From the NCBI GenBank assembly GCA_963727835.1, contig CAVSIB010000059.1:7102-71101 (forward strand): 64,000 nucleotides of DNA. The letters run 5' to 3'. Under the pieces are notes generated by a model. That model saw only the letters and a list, made by a program, of their open reading frames with translations, made no database searches and was not told where the DNA came from. The stretch comes from an uncultured delta proteobacterium. GTDB taxonomy: Bacteria; Desulfobacterota; WTBG01; JAGOGO01. Positions 1 through 11,380 of this stretch are shown here, piece by piece (position 1 is the stretch's first letter; each line of letters begins with the position of its first letter). The position numbers and the translations under genes were made by a program.

Positions 1-713
1 GTTCCTTTTACACCAACCGGGAGGTGAGCAAGGATATTAAAGAAAAATTACCCCATACCCTTTACTTAGCTATTGCCGCCATAATCTTTGCTTCCCTTAT
101 GGGTATTGTGTTCGGTGTGGTCATGGCAGTTACGCGAGGAAGTTTTTGGGATCGTTTCTTTTCTTTTTTTGCCATTGCGGGAGTTTCTTTACCGGTTTTT
201 TGGATCGGGTTAATTTTAATGCTCATCTTTTCATTGACTTTTCGCCTTCTCCCGCCTTCGGGGATGGGGGGAGGAAATCTCATTTTTCTGATCTTACCTG
301 CAAGCACTCTGGGCCTTAATTCAGCAGCCTACATTTCCCGGATCACACGATCAAGTCTTCTGGAAGTGCTTGCTCAACCCTTCGTTGCAACTGCACGGTC
401 AAAAGGATTATCCGAAGGGGTAGTAATTTTTAAGCATTCCCTCAAAAATGCGATGATCCCCATTATCACTCTGATCGGGATTGATTTTGGAAGCTATCTC
501 AATGGCGCGGTACTTACGGAGACTATTTTTGGCTGGGACGGAATTGGCCTTTATGCTTTGGAGGGAATTATCAAAAGAGATTATCCGGTTGTGATGGGTT
601 CGGTTCTCGTAGGCTCAGTAGTCTTTATTTTGGTAAATATGGTGGTTGATTTTTCTTATGCTCTCTTTAACCCTCAAATCAGGGTGAACAGCTTGGGATC
701 AAAGGAAAAATAA
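1..713 (+). CDS. ABC transporter permease, DppB/OppB family (5' partial, continues off the window start)
   Basis: The frame of ORF 24..713 stays open back to the window edge. LPHTLYLAIAA, SLPVFWIGLILMLIFS..LLPPSG and ARSKGLSEGVVIFKHSLKNAMIPIIT match the conserved core of peptide/nickel ABC permeases. About 100 N-terminal residues are missing. Confidence 0.8.
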   Translation, partial: SFYTNREVSKDIKEKLPHTLYLAIAAIIFASLMGIVFGVVMAVTRGSFWDRFFSFFAIAGVSLPVFWIGLILMLIFSLTFRLLPPSGMGGGNLIFLILPASTLGLNSAAYISRITRSSLLEVLAQPFVATARSKGLSEGVVIFKHSLKNAMIPIITLIGIDFGSYLNGAVLTETIFGWDGIGLYALEGIIKRDYPVVMGSVLVGSVVFILVNMVVDFSYALFNPQIRVNSLGSKEK

Positions 714-714
714 A

Positions 715-1548
715 ATGCGAAAACCATTATTGCCTTACCTAAAAAAAAACAAACTTGCCTTTACCGCCCTTGCGGTTGTCTTATTCATAAGCCTCGGTAC
801 TATCGTTGGACCGATGGTGTATACAGTAGGTTCCACCTCTATTAACCTTGAAAGCATCAAACTTTCGCCGAGCTTAAAACACCCCTGCGGCACTGACAGC
901 AAGGGGCGAGATATTCTCAGTCGCATTTTATGGGGTGGGCGCATCTCCCTTTCTATCAGTTTAAGCGCAGCTCTCGGGTCAATAATAATAGGCCTTTTTT
1001 TTGGGCTCATTTCCGGCTATTATGGAGGAAAGCTCGATACCTTCATAACCATGATTATTGATCTCACCCTTGCCTTTCCCAGTCTTCTTCTGGCGATCGG
1101 CATAACCGTAGTCCTTCCCCCGGGTCTCTATACGGTAATCATTGCGTTAGCCCTGGTAGGCTGGGCCTCCTTTGCCCGGCTGATTCGAGGATTAACCATA
1201 GCACAAAAAGAATCGTTGTTCGTGGAAGCTTCTCGTTCAATTGGGTGTTCAACGCAACGGATAATCGTGCGGCATATCCTCCCCAACGCCCTTTCCCCGA
1301 TCTTAGTAGCTTTCTCCTTAAAAATAGGGAGCTTCATCTTGGCTGAATCTGCTTTGAGTTTTTTAGGCTTAGGAGTTCAACCCCCAACCCCCACCTGGGG
1401 TTCTATGATTAGCCTCAACCGGATTTATATTAATTCTGCGCCCTGGATGATCATTTTCCCTGGGCTTGCTATCGCAATTACTACCTTTGCTTTTAATATC
1501 CTCGGTGATTCTTTAAGAGATTATCTTGATCCCCATCTTAATTTTTAA
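715..1548 (+). CDS. ABC transporter permease, DppC/OppC family
   Basis: The 277-aa ORF starts 2 nt after the previous stop. It has an N-terminal TM helix, the GTDSKGRDILSRILWGGRISL motif and multiple TM segments typical of DppC/OppC. Confidence 0.85.
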   Translation: MRKPLLPYLKKNKLAFTALAVVLFISLGTIVGPMVYTVGSTSINLESIKLSPSLKHPCGTDSKGRDILSRILWGGRISLSISLSAALGSIIIGLFFGLISGYYGGKLDTFITMIIDLTLAFPSLLLAIGITVVLPPGLYTVIIALALVGWASFARLIRGLTIAQKESLFVEASRSIGCSTQRIIVRHILPNALSPILVAFSLKIGSFILAESALSFLGLGVQPPTPTWGSMISLNRIYINSAPWMIIFPGLAIAITTFAFNILGDSLRDYLDPHLNF

Positions 1549-1673
1549 TTTTCGATAAAATTTTGGCCAATCACGTCCTAAACCTATCAAGTCTTTTTGT
1601 AAATGCGATAAATTTCATGTTTAATATATAGAGGAAAAACTATTTCTAGAGATCAAAACCATTGAGCTAAAAA

Positions 1674-1696
1674 CTTTGCTTTGCTTTGCTTTGCTT
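1674..1696. repeat. Pentanucleotide tandem repeat (CTTTG) x4.6
   Basis: It reads ctttg ctttg ctttg ctttg ctt in the intergenic region upstream of rpsU. The last unit also forms the hairpin CTTTGC/GCAAAG with 1701-1706. Confidence 0.9.
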
Positions 1697-1789
1697 CTCG
1701 GCAAAGATTCAGTCAAAAACACAGTGGTTATTTGTAATTTTTTTATAAAATAAGAAAAAGTATTTTTTTATTGGGTCTAAAAAATATTC

Positions 1790-1818
1790 TTGACTTTTCA
1801 CTTTAATTAAAATAGTTT
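1790..1818 (+). promoter_or_regulatory. Candidate sigma70-type promoter for rpsU-dnaG-rpoD
   Basis: TTGACT (1790-1795), a 17-nt spacer, then TAGTTT (1813-1818). This is about 45 nt upstream of the rpsU ATG. The -10 hexamer is weak. Confidence 0.35.
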
Positions 1819-1865
1819 TCTAAAGTTTAACAATCTCCCAAATAATGATGAGGAGGTGAAAATGA

Positions 1866-2069
1866 ATGCCCGGAATTACAGTAAATGACAATGAACCATT
1901 TGAAATTGCCTTAAGGCGTTTCAAAAAACAGTGTGAAAAAGCTGGAATTATTTCGGAAGTTAGAAAACGCCAATATTATGAAAAACCGAGCATAAGAAAA
2001 AAGAAAAAAAGTTTGGCAGCCAAAAAAAGGGCGCATAGGTTTGGTCGAAAGTTATTTAATAATTATTAA
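1866..2069 (+). CDS. rpsU: 30S ribosomal protein S21
   Basis: The 67-aa product [42 protein letters not shown] aligns closely to bacterial S21. A GAGGAGGTG RBS lies upstream, and the gene heads the classic rpsU-dnaG-rpoD arrangement. Confidence 0.97.
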   Translation: MPGITVNDNEPFEIALRRFKKQCEKAGIISEVRKRQYYEKPSIRKKKKSLAAKKRAHRFGRKLFNNY

Positions 2070-2165
2070 AAAACATTTCTTTTCCGATTATTCCATGATT
2101 TTTCCTCTTGAGCAACAGGGTGATTTTTTACCCTAACCCTCTTTTCCAGTAGGGGGATAAGGACA

Positions 2166-3941
2166 TTGGCCTTTTTTTTCCCAAAAGAAAAATTGGCAGA
2201 AATTAGAAGTCGAGCTAATATTGTTGATATCATCTCCGAATACGTAACTTTTAAAAAAGCAGGTAAAAACTACCTGGCTCTTTGCCCCTTCCATTCCGAA
2301 AAAACCCCCTCCTTTCAAGTAAATGAGGAAAAACAGATTTTTTATTGTTTCGGATGCCAGAAGGGGGGTGATGTCATTACGTTTTTGAGGGAGATCAATA
2401 ATCTCTCCTTTGTTGAAGCGGTTAGTCAATTAGCGCATAGGTATGGGCTCTCACTCCCTCCCCCTTCTTCGTATAGGAAAGAAAAAGCAACCGACCAAGA
2501 AACGTTCCTGGAAATAAACGAAAAGGCGATGCACTTTTTTCACCACGTCTTAATGCAAAGCCCTGAAGGAGAAGTAGGGAGAAAATATCTTGAGAAACGG
2601 GGTATTGATCAAAAAATATGGGAAACATTTAAGCTTGGTTATGCCCTCGAGACGTGGGATGGTTTGGTAACTTTTCTTAATAAGAGCAAAATCCCTTTAC
2701 CCTTGGCAAAACAATTGGGATTGATCGCCCCCAGGGAAAAAGGCGGATTCTTTGATTGTTTCCGCGGAAGAATTATTTTTCCCATTTTCAATTTGAACGG
2801 AATGACCGTTGGATTTGGAGGTCGAGCAATAGGGGAAGGAACCCCTAAATATCTCAACTCTTCTGATTCAATGATTTATAAAAAAAGCTCAAGTCTGTTC
2901 GGGCTTCCCATAACCAGAAATCCTATTGCTAAGGAAGACCAGGTTCTCATTGTAGAAGGATATTTTGATCTCTTAAGTCTCTTTCAGGCAGGAATTTGTT
3001 CGGCCGTCTCTCCTTTGGGCACCGCCCTTACCGGGGGACATATTCAAACCTTAAAACGTTTTACCTCTCGTTTTTATGTTGTTTTTGATGCGGATGAAGC
3101 AGGAGATAAAGCAGCACTGAGAAGTTTGGAGATGTTTTTAAGCGAAGGACTCTCTCCCCGGGTGGTAATTCTTCCCCCTGGCTCTGACCCCGATGAATTT
3201 ATCCAGCAAAAGGGCGCAGAAAATTTTCAAAAAAAAATAGAAACCGCTCCCTTGCTGATCGAATATTTCATTGAGAGAGCCATTGAAAGAAAAAATGTTT
3301 CCCTCCCCGAGGGAAAAGTTGAAGTCATTAAAGAGGTCATACCCATTATCAGTCACATAAAAGAGCCAATTATTCAAGATGAATATATTCGAAAACTTTC
3401 CGAAAGATTAGGGGTGAGGGAAGATCGGATTCGTAGTTTAGGCCTATCGCCTGTGTCTCATCACGCCAAAGAACTCTCTTCACCCGTAGAGGAGACCCGG
3501 CTGGAAGAGTTTCTCCTTACCCTCATGCTTCAAAAACCAGAACTGATCCCCGCTGTGGACACGGTCAAAGTCGTGGAAGATCTTGATAGTCATCTTTTAC
3601 AAGAAATAGCTAAAACGGTTATCGTTCTGTTTCACAAAGAGGGAGGAGTGGAGATCACCACATTAATTGACCAATTAGGAGAAGAAAAAGGAAAGCTTAC
3701 CACGCGCTTAAGTCTTAAAGAAGAAAACTTTGCCGATATTGCCGAAAGTTTAAAGGACTGCATTTTACAAATCAAAAGAAACAAATTTAAAAAAATGAAA
3801 ACTCAGTTAACCATAATGATTAAGAAAGCCCAAGACAGTCGAGATGATGCTAAAATCCGAGATCTTAATGAGCAAAAAGTTAAACTCATTCTTCAGGAAA
3901 AAAACTTACCCACTACCCTAGGCACTCTTTTGAACTTGTAA
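2166..3941 (+). CDS. dnaG: DNA primase
   Basis: CHC2 zinc finger [28 protein letters not shown], a TOPRIM region ([25 protein letters not shown]), 591 aa, TTG start. Confidence 0.95.
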   Translation: MAFFFPKEKLAEIRSRANIVDIISEYVTFKKAGKNYLALCPFHSEKTPSFQVNEEKQIFYCFGCQKGGDVITFLREINNLSFVEAVSQLAHRYGLSLPPPSSYRKEKATDQETFLEINEKAMHFFHHVLMQSPEGEVGRKYLEKRGIDQKIWETFKLGYALETWDGLVTFLNKSKIPLPLAKQLGLIAPREKGGFFDCFRGRIIFPIFNLNGMTVGFGGRAIGEGTPKYLNSSDSMIYKKSSSLFGLPITRNPIAKEDQVLIVEGYFDLLSLFQAGICSAVSPLGTALTGGHIQTLKRFTSRFYVVFDADEAGDKAALRSLEMFLSEGLSPRVVILPPGSDPDEFIQQKGAENFQKKIETAPLLIEYFIERAIERKNVSLPEGKVEVIKEVIPIISHIKEPIIQDEYIRKLSERLGVREDRIRSLGLSPVSHHAKELSSPVEETRLEEFLLTLMLQKPELIPAVDTVKVVEDLDSHLLQEIAKTVIVLFHKEGGVEITTLIDQLGEEKGKLTTRLSLKEENFADIAESLKDCILQIKRNKFKKMKTQLTIMIKKAQDSRDDAKIRDLNEQKVKLILQEKNLPTTLGTLLNL

Positions 3942-3963
3942 TTTCAAAGTACGGGAGAGTTTG

Positions 3964-5730
3964 ATGGCAAAAAAACCAAAAGTTGATCGAATAAAACAAT
4001 TAATTAATCTGACTAAAGAAAAAGGCTTCGTCACCTATGATGAAGTAAACACTGCTTTACCTGCAGACATCCTTTCACCCGATCAGATTGATGATTTAAT
4101 GGGCATGTTTGGTGAGATGGATGTTGAAATCGTTGATGACCTCCATAAAGTAATGATTGCTGAAAAAGATGTCATCAAATCTTCCGAAGAAGAACCGATT
4201 GAAGAAAGCGAAGCCGATGAAAAGGTTTTAACCGCAACTGTTGCCGGAGTCGCAGCTGATCCCGTGAGATTGTATCTCAAAGAGATGGGGGGCCATTCCC
4301 TCTTGACCCGTGAAGAAGAGGTAAAAATTTCCAAACGGATCGAAAAGGCAAAACAAGAAACTTTTGATGTAATTCTTAATACCCCGCTCGCCTTAAAAAA
4401 GCTCTATAGCCTCGAAGAAAAACTTATCAACAAGAAGATCACGATTCAGGAAATTATTAGTGATGATGAAGAAGTTCCGGTTCAGGATAAGGAATTTCAA
4501 ACCCAAAGATTTCTAGATTTAGTTGGGAAAATCCGGGTAATGGAAAAACAGGTACGACAGTTACAATCTCAGTTAGCTAAAGTGGGAAAAGATGAAGATA
4601 AAGCAAAAGCGATCAAAGACAAACTCATTAGAAGGAAGCTTTTAGCCTTAAATTATTCTCGAGAAGCCCTTCTTAATCCTCGCCAGATTGAGAGGATTGG
4701 TGATAAGTTAAAATCATTTTTTTGCCAGCTCGAGGCTACCGAAAAGGAATGGAAAAAATATATTGAGTCAACGAAAATAGCAAAAAAAGAGATCGAGAAA
4801 ACATTGGCGGAAATAAAAAAATATCCTAAAAGAAAAACCCGTATCCTTGCTAAAGCGGGTTTCAATTTAGAACAGGCCGAAGAACTGGAGCGGATGTATA
4901 ATAATTTTACCAAGAAATATAAGCGCATTGAACAAGAATCTGAACTTTCCGCCAGTGAGCTTCGAAAAACCCACAGAACCGTAGTGCGCGCGGAAACCAA
5001 GACCAAATCAGCCAAGGAAGAACTGGTAAGGGCTAATTTGCGATTAGTGGTAAGCCTTGCTAAAAAATATACCAACCGCGGCCTCCAGTTTTTAGATCTT
5101 ATTCAAGAAGGGAATATCGGATTAATTAAGGCGGTTGATAAATTTGAATATCAACGGGGGTATAAGTTTAGCACCTATGCGACTTGGTGGATCCGGCAGG
5201 CCATCACCCGCGCAATTGCTGATCAAGCGCGAACCATCAGAATCCCCGTCCATATGATTGAAACAATCAATAAACTGATTCGAACATCCCGGCTCTTGGT
5301 GCAGGAAATCGGACGTGAACCCACCCCTGAAGAAATTGCGGAAAAGATGGAACTTCCCCTTGACAAAGTGAGAAAGGTTCTTAAAATCGCCAAAGAACCA
5401 ATTTCTTTGGAGACCCCTATTGGAGAAGAAGAAGATAGCCACTTAGGAGATTTTATTGAAGATAAAAGTTTCCTCTCTCCGGGGGAGTCGGTGGTAAATA
5501 CCAATCTCTCTGATATCATCCGAAGGGTGTTAGCTACGTTAACCCCCCGAGAGGAAAAAGTTTTAAGAATGCGTTTTGGAATCGGAGAAAGAGCGGACCA
5601 TACCTTAGAAGAAGTTGGGCAAGATTTTGATGTGACCCGAGAAAGAATCAGGCAAATAGAAGTAAAGGCCTTAAGGAAGCTGCGGCATCCGACTCGCAGT
5701 AAAAATTTAAAAAGTTTTATTGAGAAATAA
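3964..5730 (+). CDS. rpoD: RNA polymerase sigma factor RpoD (sigma70)
   Basis: Region 2 ([57 protein letters not shown]), regions 3 and 4 ([20 protein letters not shown]) and an acidic N-terminal region 1. The ATG at 3964 fits the GGGAGAG RBS better than the TTG at 3961. Confidence 0.96.
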   Translation: MAKKPKVDRIKQLINLTKEKGFVTYDEVNTALPADILSPDQIDDLMGMFGEMDVEIVDDLHKVMIAEKDVIKSSEEEPIEESEADEKVLTATVAGVAADPVRLYLKEMGGHSLLTREEEVKISKRIEKAKQETFDVILNTPLALKKLYSLEEKLINKKITIQEIISDDEEVPVQDKEFQTQRFLDLVGKIRVMEKQVRQLQSQLAKVGKDEDKAKAIKDKLIRRKLLALNYSREALLNPRQIERIGDKLKSFFCQLEATEKEWKKYIESTKIAKKEIEKTLAEIKKYPKRKTRILAKAGFNLEQAEELERMYNNFTKKYKRIEQESELSASELRKTHRTVVRAETKTKSAKEELVRANLRLVVSLAKKYTNRGLQFLDLIQEGNIGLIKAVDKFEYQRGYKFSTYATWWIRQAITRAIADQARTIRIPVHMIETINKLIRTSRLLVQEIGREPTPEEIAEKMELPLDKVRKVLKIAKEPISLETPIGEEEDSHLGDFIEDKSFLSPGESVVNTNLSDIIRRVLATLTPREEKVLRMRFGIGERADHTLEEVGQDFDVTRERIRQIEVKALRKLRHPTRSKNLKSFIEK

Positions 5731-5739
5731 AGTGGATGA

Positions 5740-5812
5740 GGGCCCATAGCTCAGCTGGAAGAGCTACCGGCTCATAACCGGTCGGTCCCTGGTTCGAACC
5801 CAGGTGGGCCCA
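5740..5812 (+). tRNA. Elongator tRNA with anticodon CAT (tRNA-Met, or tRNA-Ile2 read after lysidine modification)
   Basis: Cloverleaf folded by hand. Acceptor GGGCCCA/TGGGCCC, D arm GCTC-AGCTGGAA-GAGC, anticodon arm ACCGG-CTCATAA-CCGGT, variable loop CGGTC, T arm CCTGG-TTCGAAC-CCAGG, discriminator A, no encoded CCA. G1:C72 is paired and there is no GGG/CCC anticodon stem, so it is not an initiator. C4:G69 and C5:G68 resemble the TilS identity pairs of E. coli tRNA-Ile2. Confidence 0.9.
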
Positions 5813-6025
5813 TAACGAGCGTCATTGTGCTGATTATTAAACAAAGTTTATCGGTAACAAACAGTCAGGTGGAGTGATGCACATGTGTATGGGAACTGCT
5901 AAAAGGTGAACCATTAGCTTACTACCAAATTATTGGTAAAAGACTGGGCGAAAAGTGCACTCCTGAGGGGTGCATTTTTATTTGCGCTCTATGATAAGAT
6001 TAACCCCCTTGGAAGGACACAGACC

Positions 6026-6754
6026 TTGCAGGATCAACTGGAACTTATAAAACAACTTCAAGCGATTGATAGCGCTCTTAAAAATCTCGAAAAAGCTAAG
6101 TTCGACTTTCCTAAAAGGATAAATCAGTTGGAAAAAGAGTTTGAAAAAAAGAAGCAATCACTCGAAAAGGGGAAAACTTCTTTCGAGGAAGCTCAAAAAG
6201 AAAGACGTAAAAAAGAACAGGACCTGAGCCGGGAACTCGAACGACTGCAAAAATCCCAGGATAAACTTGCGTTGGTAAAAACCAACAAGGAATATCAGGC
6301 AGCCCTAAAAGAAATCGATGACATTAAACAGCACAATAGTGATACTGAAACCGAGATTCTCCTTTTTATGGAAAAAACCGATACCCTGGCAAAAAAGGTG
6401 AGCCAGGAAGAGGGCGAATACCAAAAATGGTTTCAGGAATTCGAAAAGAAAAAAGAGACCCTAAACGCGGAGTTGGAAAAATCAAACCAAGAACTCCAAA
6501 ACCAACAAGCGCTCCGCAATACAATCATTGAAAACCTTGAGCCTGATCTGATCAAAAAGTTTGAGATGATCAAAGAGCGAAGGCAGGGTCTTGCAGTTGT
6601 GTCGATTCAAGATGGGCTTTGTACCGGCTGTAATATTAATATTCCTCCTCAAAAAATTTTAGAGATCCGCAAAAGCAATCATGCTATTATGCAATGTCCA
6701 TTCTGTAACCGGATCGTTTATTTTGAGGAGCATAAAGTTGGGGATACATTGTAA
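6026..6754 (+). CDS. Zinc-ribbon / coiled-coil protein (COG1579, DUF164-like)
   Basis: Long heptad-rich Lys/Glu coiled coil followed by the C4 zinc ribbon CTGCNINIPPQ...CPFCNRIVYF. The ORF is open from 5933, but the TTG at 6026 follows a GGAAGGA RBS and removes a non-conserved leader. Confidence 0.75.
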   Translation: MQDQLELIKQLQAIDSALKNLEKAKFDFPKRINQLEKEFEKKKQSLEKGKTSFEEAQKERRKKEQDLSRELERLQKSQDKLALVKTNKEYQAALKEIDDIKQHNSDTETEILLFMEKTDTLAKKVSQEEGEYQKWFQEFEKKKETLNAELEKSNQELQNQQALRNTIIENLEPDLIKKFEMIKERRQGLAVVSIQDGLCTGCNINIPPQKILEIRKSNHAIMQCPFCNRIVYFEEHKVGDTL

Positions 6755-6761
6755 AGAAATC

Positions 6762-7156
6762 TGCTAAAGCAGACAAAATGGTCGCTGGTCCCGATTTATC
6801 GGGACGGGAGGAAAGTCCGAGCTCCACAGGACAGGGCGCTGGGTAACACCCAGTCCCGGTGACGGGAAGGAAAGTGCCACAGAAAATAGACCGCCTCCTG
6901 ACCAGGTTTTCCCCGGTCAACACGCGAGGCAAGGGTGAAACGGTGAGGTAAGAGCTCACCAGGCCTGATGGTGACATCAGGTGCTTGGTAAACCCCGCCC
7001 GGAGCAAGACCAAATAAGGGAGCATAAGTAGGGTAGTCCGCCCGTTGCTCCCGGGTAGGTCGCTTGAAGGAGCGGGTAACCGCTTCTCTAGAGGAATGAC
7101 CATTGCCCTGAAGGAAACTTCAGGGAACAGAACTCGGCTTATTGTCTGCTTTAGCA
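6762..7156 (+). ncRNA. rnpB: RNase P RNA, bacterial type A
   Basis: P1 pairing TGCTAAAGCAGACAA (6762-6776) with TTGTCTGCTTTAGCA (7142-7156). Universally conserved blocks GGAGGAAAGTCCGAGCTCCACAGGACAGGG, GTGCCACAGAAAATAGACCGCC, GGTAAGAGCTCACC, GGTAAACCCCGCCCGGAGCAAGACCAAATAGG and ACAGAACTCGGCTTAT are collinear with E. coli M1 RNA. Confidence 0.95.
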
Positions 7157-7224
7157 TTTTAATTTCTCATTAAGGTGATGCGGGGTGAAAAAGTGATGGA
7201 TAGATCAACCTTACTACACAATAA

Positions 7225-8508
<1,284 letters not shown>

Positions 8509-8699
8509 CTGACATCTTTTGATTGTTTTAGTAAAAAACCAACGCTTCTGCGGCTTTTTCAGAACGATAAATGTCAAGGCTACCCAATATGCCGGTCAGC
8601 TGCGGTGATTAGCTCGGTCCGTTGGGGGTAGCATGGCGTCTTTATTCGTTAGTCCTATTCGCTTCTTGTCGGCAGGAATTCGGATCGAGGCATAGGCTG

Positions 8700-10292
8700 T
8701 CATCCCCGAGACGCCCTTCTCATATCCCATAGGCTAAAATAGGTATCTCTATAGACCTGTTGTCCCATTTGCGAAAAAGGAAAATCTCCTTTTGATATGG
8801 GCCAAACGACATGCGTCACTGAGTGATTCTCTATCAAAACCAACATATCCGATTTTGCGCGATCTCCCCGCTTTTCGTATATTGCTCTTGCTGTCTCAAT
8901 TCTTTTGTACCATTCCAAGAACTCACTATCCTTGGTAGGATGTGATTTCCACGTTGCAAACACGGGAACCCCCGCCTCAAGACGAATATCCATCTGATCC
9001 AAGGGAACCAGATATTGGTTCCCAGGTTTATGATAGTTCGCAATGAAGCGAGAGATAGGATAGTCATTTCGCTCAATCTTGTGTTGGTAGTCGAAAAACA
9101 CGCCCAGAATACCAGCTAAACAGGCTAACGCAACAGCACTTATCAAGACCTTGCCCAATCTATCAAGCGAGATGAACGATTGTGTTTGGATTTTTTGTGC
9201 AGTCCATGGGGACAGACCAGCTATAAGTATAACCCAACTGAGCGGAGCGAGAATAACCGAGATTCTCCATGGAGCAACGACTGCGACGGTCGGGTTGGGG
9301 CTTAGGACTACCCAAAGTATTGTTGCCGCCACAACCCATAGCGTCACAAAAAGAAGCTGACCCATAAGCTGCTTGCGGCCAAGCCATGCGGCAACGAATC
9401 CAACGAGGAAAAAAATCACTGTCCGCCAAACACGCCACTCCGCAGGAACAGTGTGGTGTGGTATCCTGATTGTAGAGAGCAGGTAATGTGCTTTATACCG
9501 TATCAAGGGGTCTGCAGAAGTTAATAAATCAACACTCCAAACCGCATAAGGGATGAGCACTCCGGCAACAAGCGACAAGAAAAGTAGACGTTTACCCCAA
9601 CCAATTTCAAGAGACCGATTAGCCGGAAGGACAATAATTGCAGCTGCAAGAATTGCAGACGAAACCAAATATGCGGGGTGGAAGAGCGTGGCAATGACAA
9701 AACATACCGCCGCCAGCATTGCTTGCTTTGAGGCGTAGGCAGCGATTCCAGCAAGTATCAGAACTCCAAAGCAACATGGCTGATAATAAGTCCCTAACAT
9801 ATATTGCCGAGCAAGTCCAGCTGGGAAAAAGTCCAACAAAAGATCCCGTATCCCAATGGTATTTATGAAAAGCCACAGCAACGCAAATATCAATAATGTT
9901 CTTTGCCGTTCTTCGTTATGCGCAATGAGCCCCTTTGCCATCCAGACGCCAACCATACCATAGATCGCCACAATTAAAAAAAAGGAAAAATGAACCCCAA
10001 AATACAGCCCCAGCCAATGGTATTGCCATTTAAGTAAAGCTGAGAACAATAAAAAGGGGTCGGTAATATGTGCCATCCAATCCGATGCAACATCGCGGTA
10101 GTTTGCAAGGGCAAGCCCGGAAATAAACTTCGTATTCTGGTTGGGGGCAAAGAGTGCCGCCTGAGAATAGGAGAGTCCAAAAAGAATCGCGTAAATATAT
10201 AGCCATCGATCAACAAGTGGTTTTTTATCGGTTCCCGCTACCATTAGAATTTCTCCATCAATAAAGGGGCTTGCATTGTTTATACAACACAT
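8700..10292 (-). CDS. Multipass integral membrane protein of unknown function with a C-terminal soluble domain (GT-C-like architecture is a guess)
   Basis: The 530-aa ORF has at least 10 hydrophobic helices and then a roughly 130-aa hydrophilic tail (NDYPISRFIANYHKPGNQYLVPLD...). I recognise no catalytic motif. The start may be the internal MVAGTDKK. Confidence 0.6.
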   Translation of the reverse strand: MCCINNASPFIDGEILMVAGTDKKPLVDRWLYIYAILFGLSYSQAALFAPNQNTKFISGLALANYRDVASDWMAHITDPFLLFSALLKWQYHWLGLYFGVHFSFFLIVAIYGMVGVWMAKGLIAHNEERQRTLLIFALLWLFINTIGIRDLLLDFFPAGLARQYMLGTYYQPCCFGVLILAGIAAYASKQAMLAAVCFVIATLFHPAYLVSSAILAAAIIVLPANRSLEIGWGKRLLFLSLVAGVLIPYAVWSVDLLTSADPLIRYKAHYLLSTIRIPHHTVPAEWRVWRTVIFFLVGFVAAWLGRKQLMGQLLFVTLWVVAATILWVVLSPNPTVAVVAPWRISVILAPLSWVILIAGLSPWTAQKIQTQSFISLDRLGKVLISAVALACLAGILGVFFDYQHKIERNDYPISRFIANYHKPGNQYLVPLDQMDIRLEAGVPVFATWKSHPTKDSEFLEWYKRIETARAIYEKRGDRAKSDMLVLIENHSVTHVVWPISKGDFPFSQMGQQVYRDTYFSLWDMRRASRG

Positions 10293-10687
10293 TCGTTCTC
10301 TTTCAACACATCGACCGGACTCGATGCTCCTTTGCCGGAACCAAAGAAAAAGTTTGGTTTTCTTTTTCTTCGGTAATCTGGCCTATTTTTTTAAAATCAA
10401 TTCGTGCAAAACTTCTCCTCCGGGAACACACAGTGTGGAAAAACATGATAGGGATGTAATCGTTACAATCTTTACTCCACCAAAAAAAGTCAAGAAAAAA
10501 CCAATGTTTTATCCTTCACAGCAACAAAAGCTCTCAATCTTTTTCTGAATAAGCCAGTCCCAAAAAAAATATCTTCCCTCCCCTTTGTATTTCTTAAACA
10601 ACTCAAAGAAAATCAAAAATAAACAGAGAACCTTTCTTATGGTTGGAAGTCAAAAATAAGGGGCAGGAGCGACAAAACACCTCAAAA

Positions 10688-10716
10688 TTGACAGGGTTAA
10701 AGGAATCTGGTATAAA
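10688..10716 (+). promoter_or_regulatory. Near-consensus sigma70 promoter of the his cluster
   Basis: TTGACA (10688-10693), exactly 17 nt, then TATAAA (10711-10716). It lies 38 nt upstream of the hisB ATG. Confidence 0.65.
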
Positions 10717-10753
10717 TGCTTTTTATTAAATAAAAAATTTGAGGATAACGCTC

Positions 10754-11341
10754 ATGGCACGCACTGTTTCGTTAAACCGAAAAACCTCTGAGACACAAAT
10801 CAGTTTGCGGATAAATTTCGACGGCAAAGGAAAGTCGGAAATTGATACCGGAGTTCCTTTTTTTAACCACATGCTAGAACTCATGGCGAAACACGGATTT
10901 TTCGATTTGGCACTTAAAGCCAAGGGGGATCTGGACGTAGATTTTCACCACTCAATCGAAGACATCGGGATCATTCTGGGAGAGGCGCTTAAAAAAGGTT
11001 TGAACAATAAAAAAGGGATCCGGCGGTATGGGTTTGCCGCCGTTCCCATGGATGAGACATTGGCCCAAGTGACGATTGATATTTGTAACCGGGCGCATTT
11101 GGTTTATAAGCTTCCTATCGCCCGCGGGAAAATTGGAACCTTTGATATTGAGGTTGTAAAAGAATTCTTTCAGGCTTTTAGTAATGCCTCGGGGATCACT
11201 ATCCATATTAATGTTCCCTACGGAAGCAATCGTCATCATATTGTTGAGGCTATTTTCAAAGCTTTTGGGAAAGCTCTATGTGATGCCGTAACCCTCGACC
11301 CTCGGGTTCAAGGGGTGCTTTCCACTAAAGGAGTACTCTAA
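10754..11341 (+). CDS. hisB: Imidazoleglycerol-phosphate dehydratase
   Basis: RKTSETQISLRINFDGKG..DTGVPFFNHMLELMAKHG, DFHHSIEDIGI and HHIVEAIFKAFGKAL match IGPD metal-binding motifs. The ATG at 10754 follows a GAGGA RBS. Confidence 0.95.
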   Translation: MARTVSLNRKTSETQISLRINFDGKGKSEIDTGVPFFNHMLELMAKHGFFDLALKAKGDLDVDFHHSIEDIGIILGEALKKGLNNKKGIRRYGFAAVPMDETLAQVTIDICNRAHLVYKLPIARGKIGTFDIEVVKEFFQAFSNASGITIHINVPYGSNRHHIVEAIFKAFGKALCDAVTLDPRVQGVLSTKGVL

Positions 11342-11380
11342 TTTCTCTGCTTTTCACCTGTTACTTCTTTGTAACCTCCT

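Noticed and set aside
5740-5812. tRNA(CAT) as the initiator tRNA-fMet
   Set aside because: The 1:72 pair is a normal G:C. The anticodon stem lacks the three consecutive G:C pairs (it is ACCGG/CCGGT). It is therefore an elongator Met or Ile2 species.
6687-7157. 156-aa minus-strand ORF in the ORF track
   Set aside because: It lies entirely antisense to the RNase P RNA gene, whose conserved blocks and P1 pairing explain the region. Its open frame is a by-product of GC-rich structured RNA.
8700-10292. The membrane-protein gene as a compositional (horizontally acquired) island
   Set aside because: Only two hand-counted 60-nt samples were compared (28/60 G+C inside the gene versus 26/60 in hisB). 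That difference is too small and too poorly sampled to claim.
10434-10442. TGTGGAAAA as a DnaA box (one mismatch to TGTGGATAA)
   Set aside because: It is a single isolated site. One-mismatch 9-mers are expected many times by chance in 64 kb.
10271-10548. Short plus-strand ORFs (62 and 90 aa) in the spacer upstream of the membrane-protein gene
   Set aside because: They have low-complexity, Lys/Phe-rich translations and overlap each other in different frames. They have no RBS and no recognisable family.
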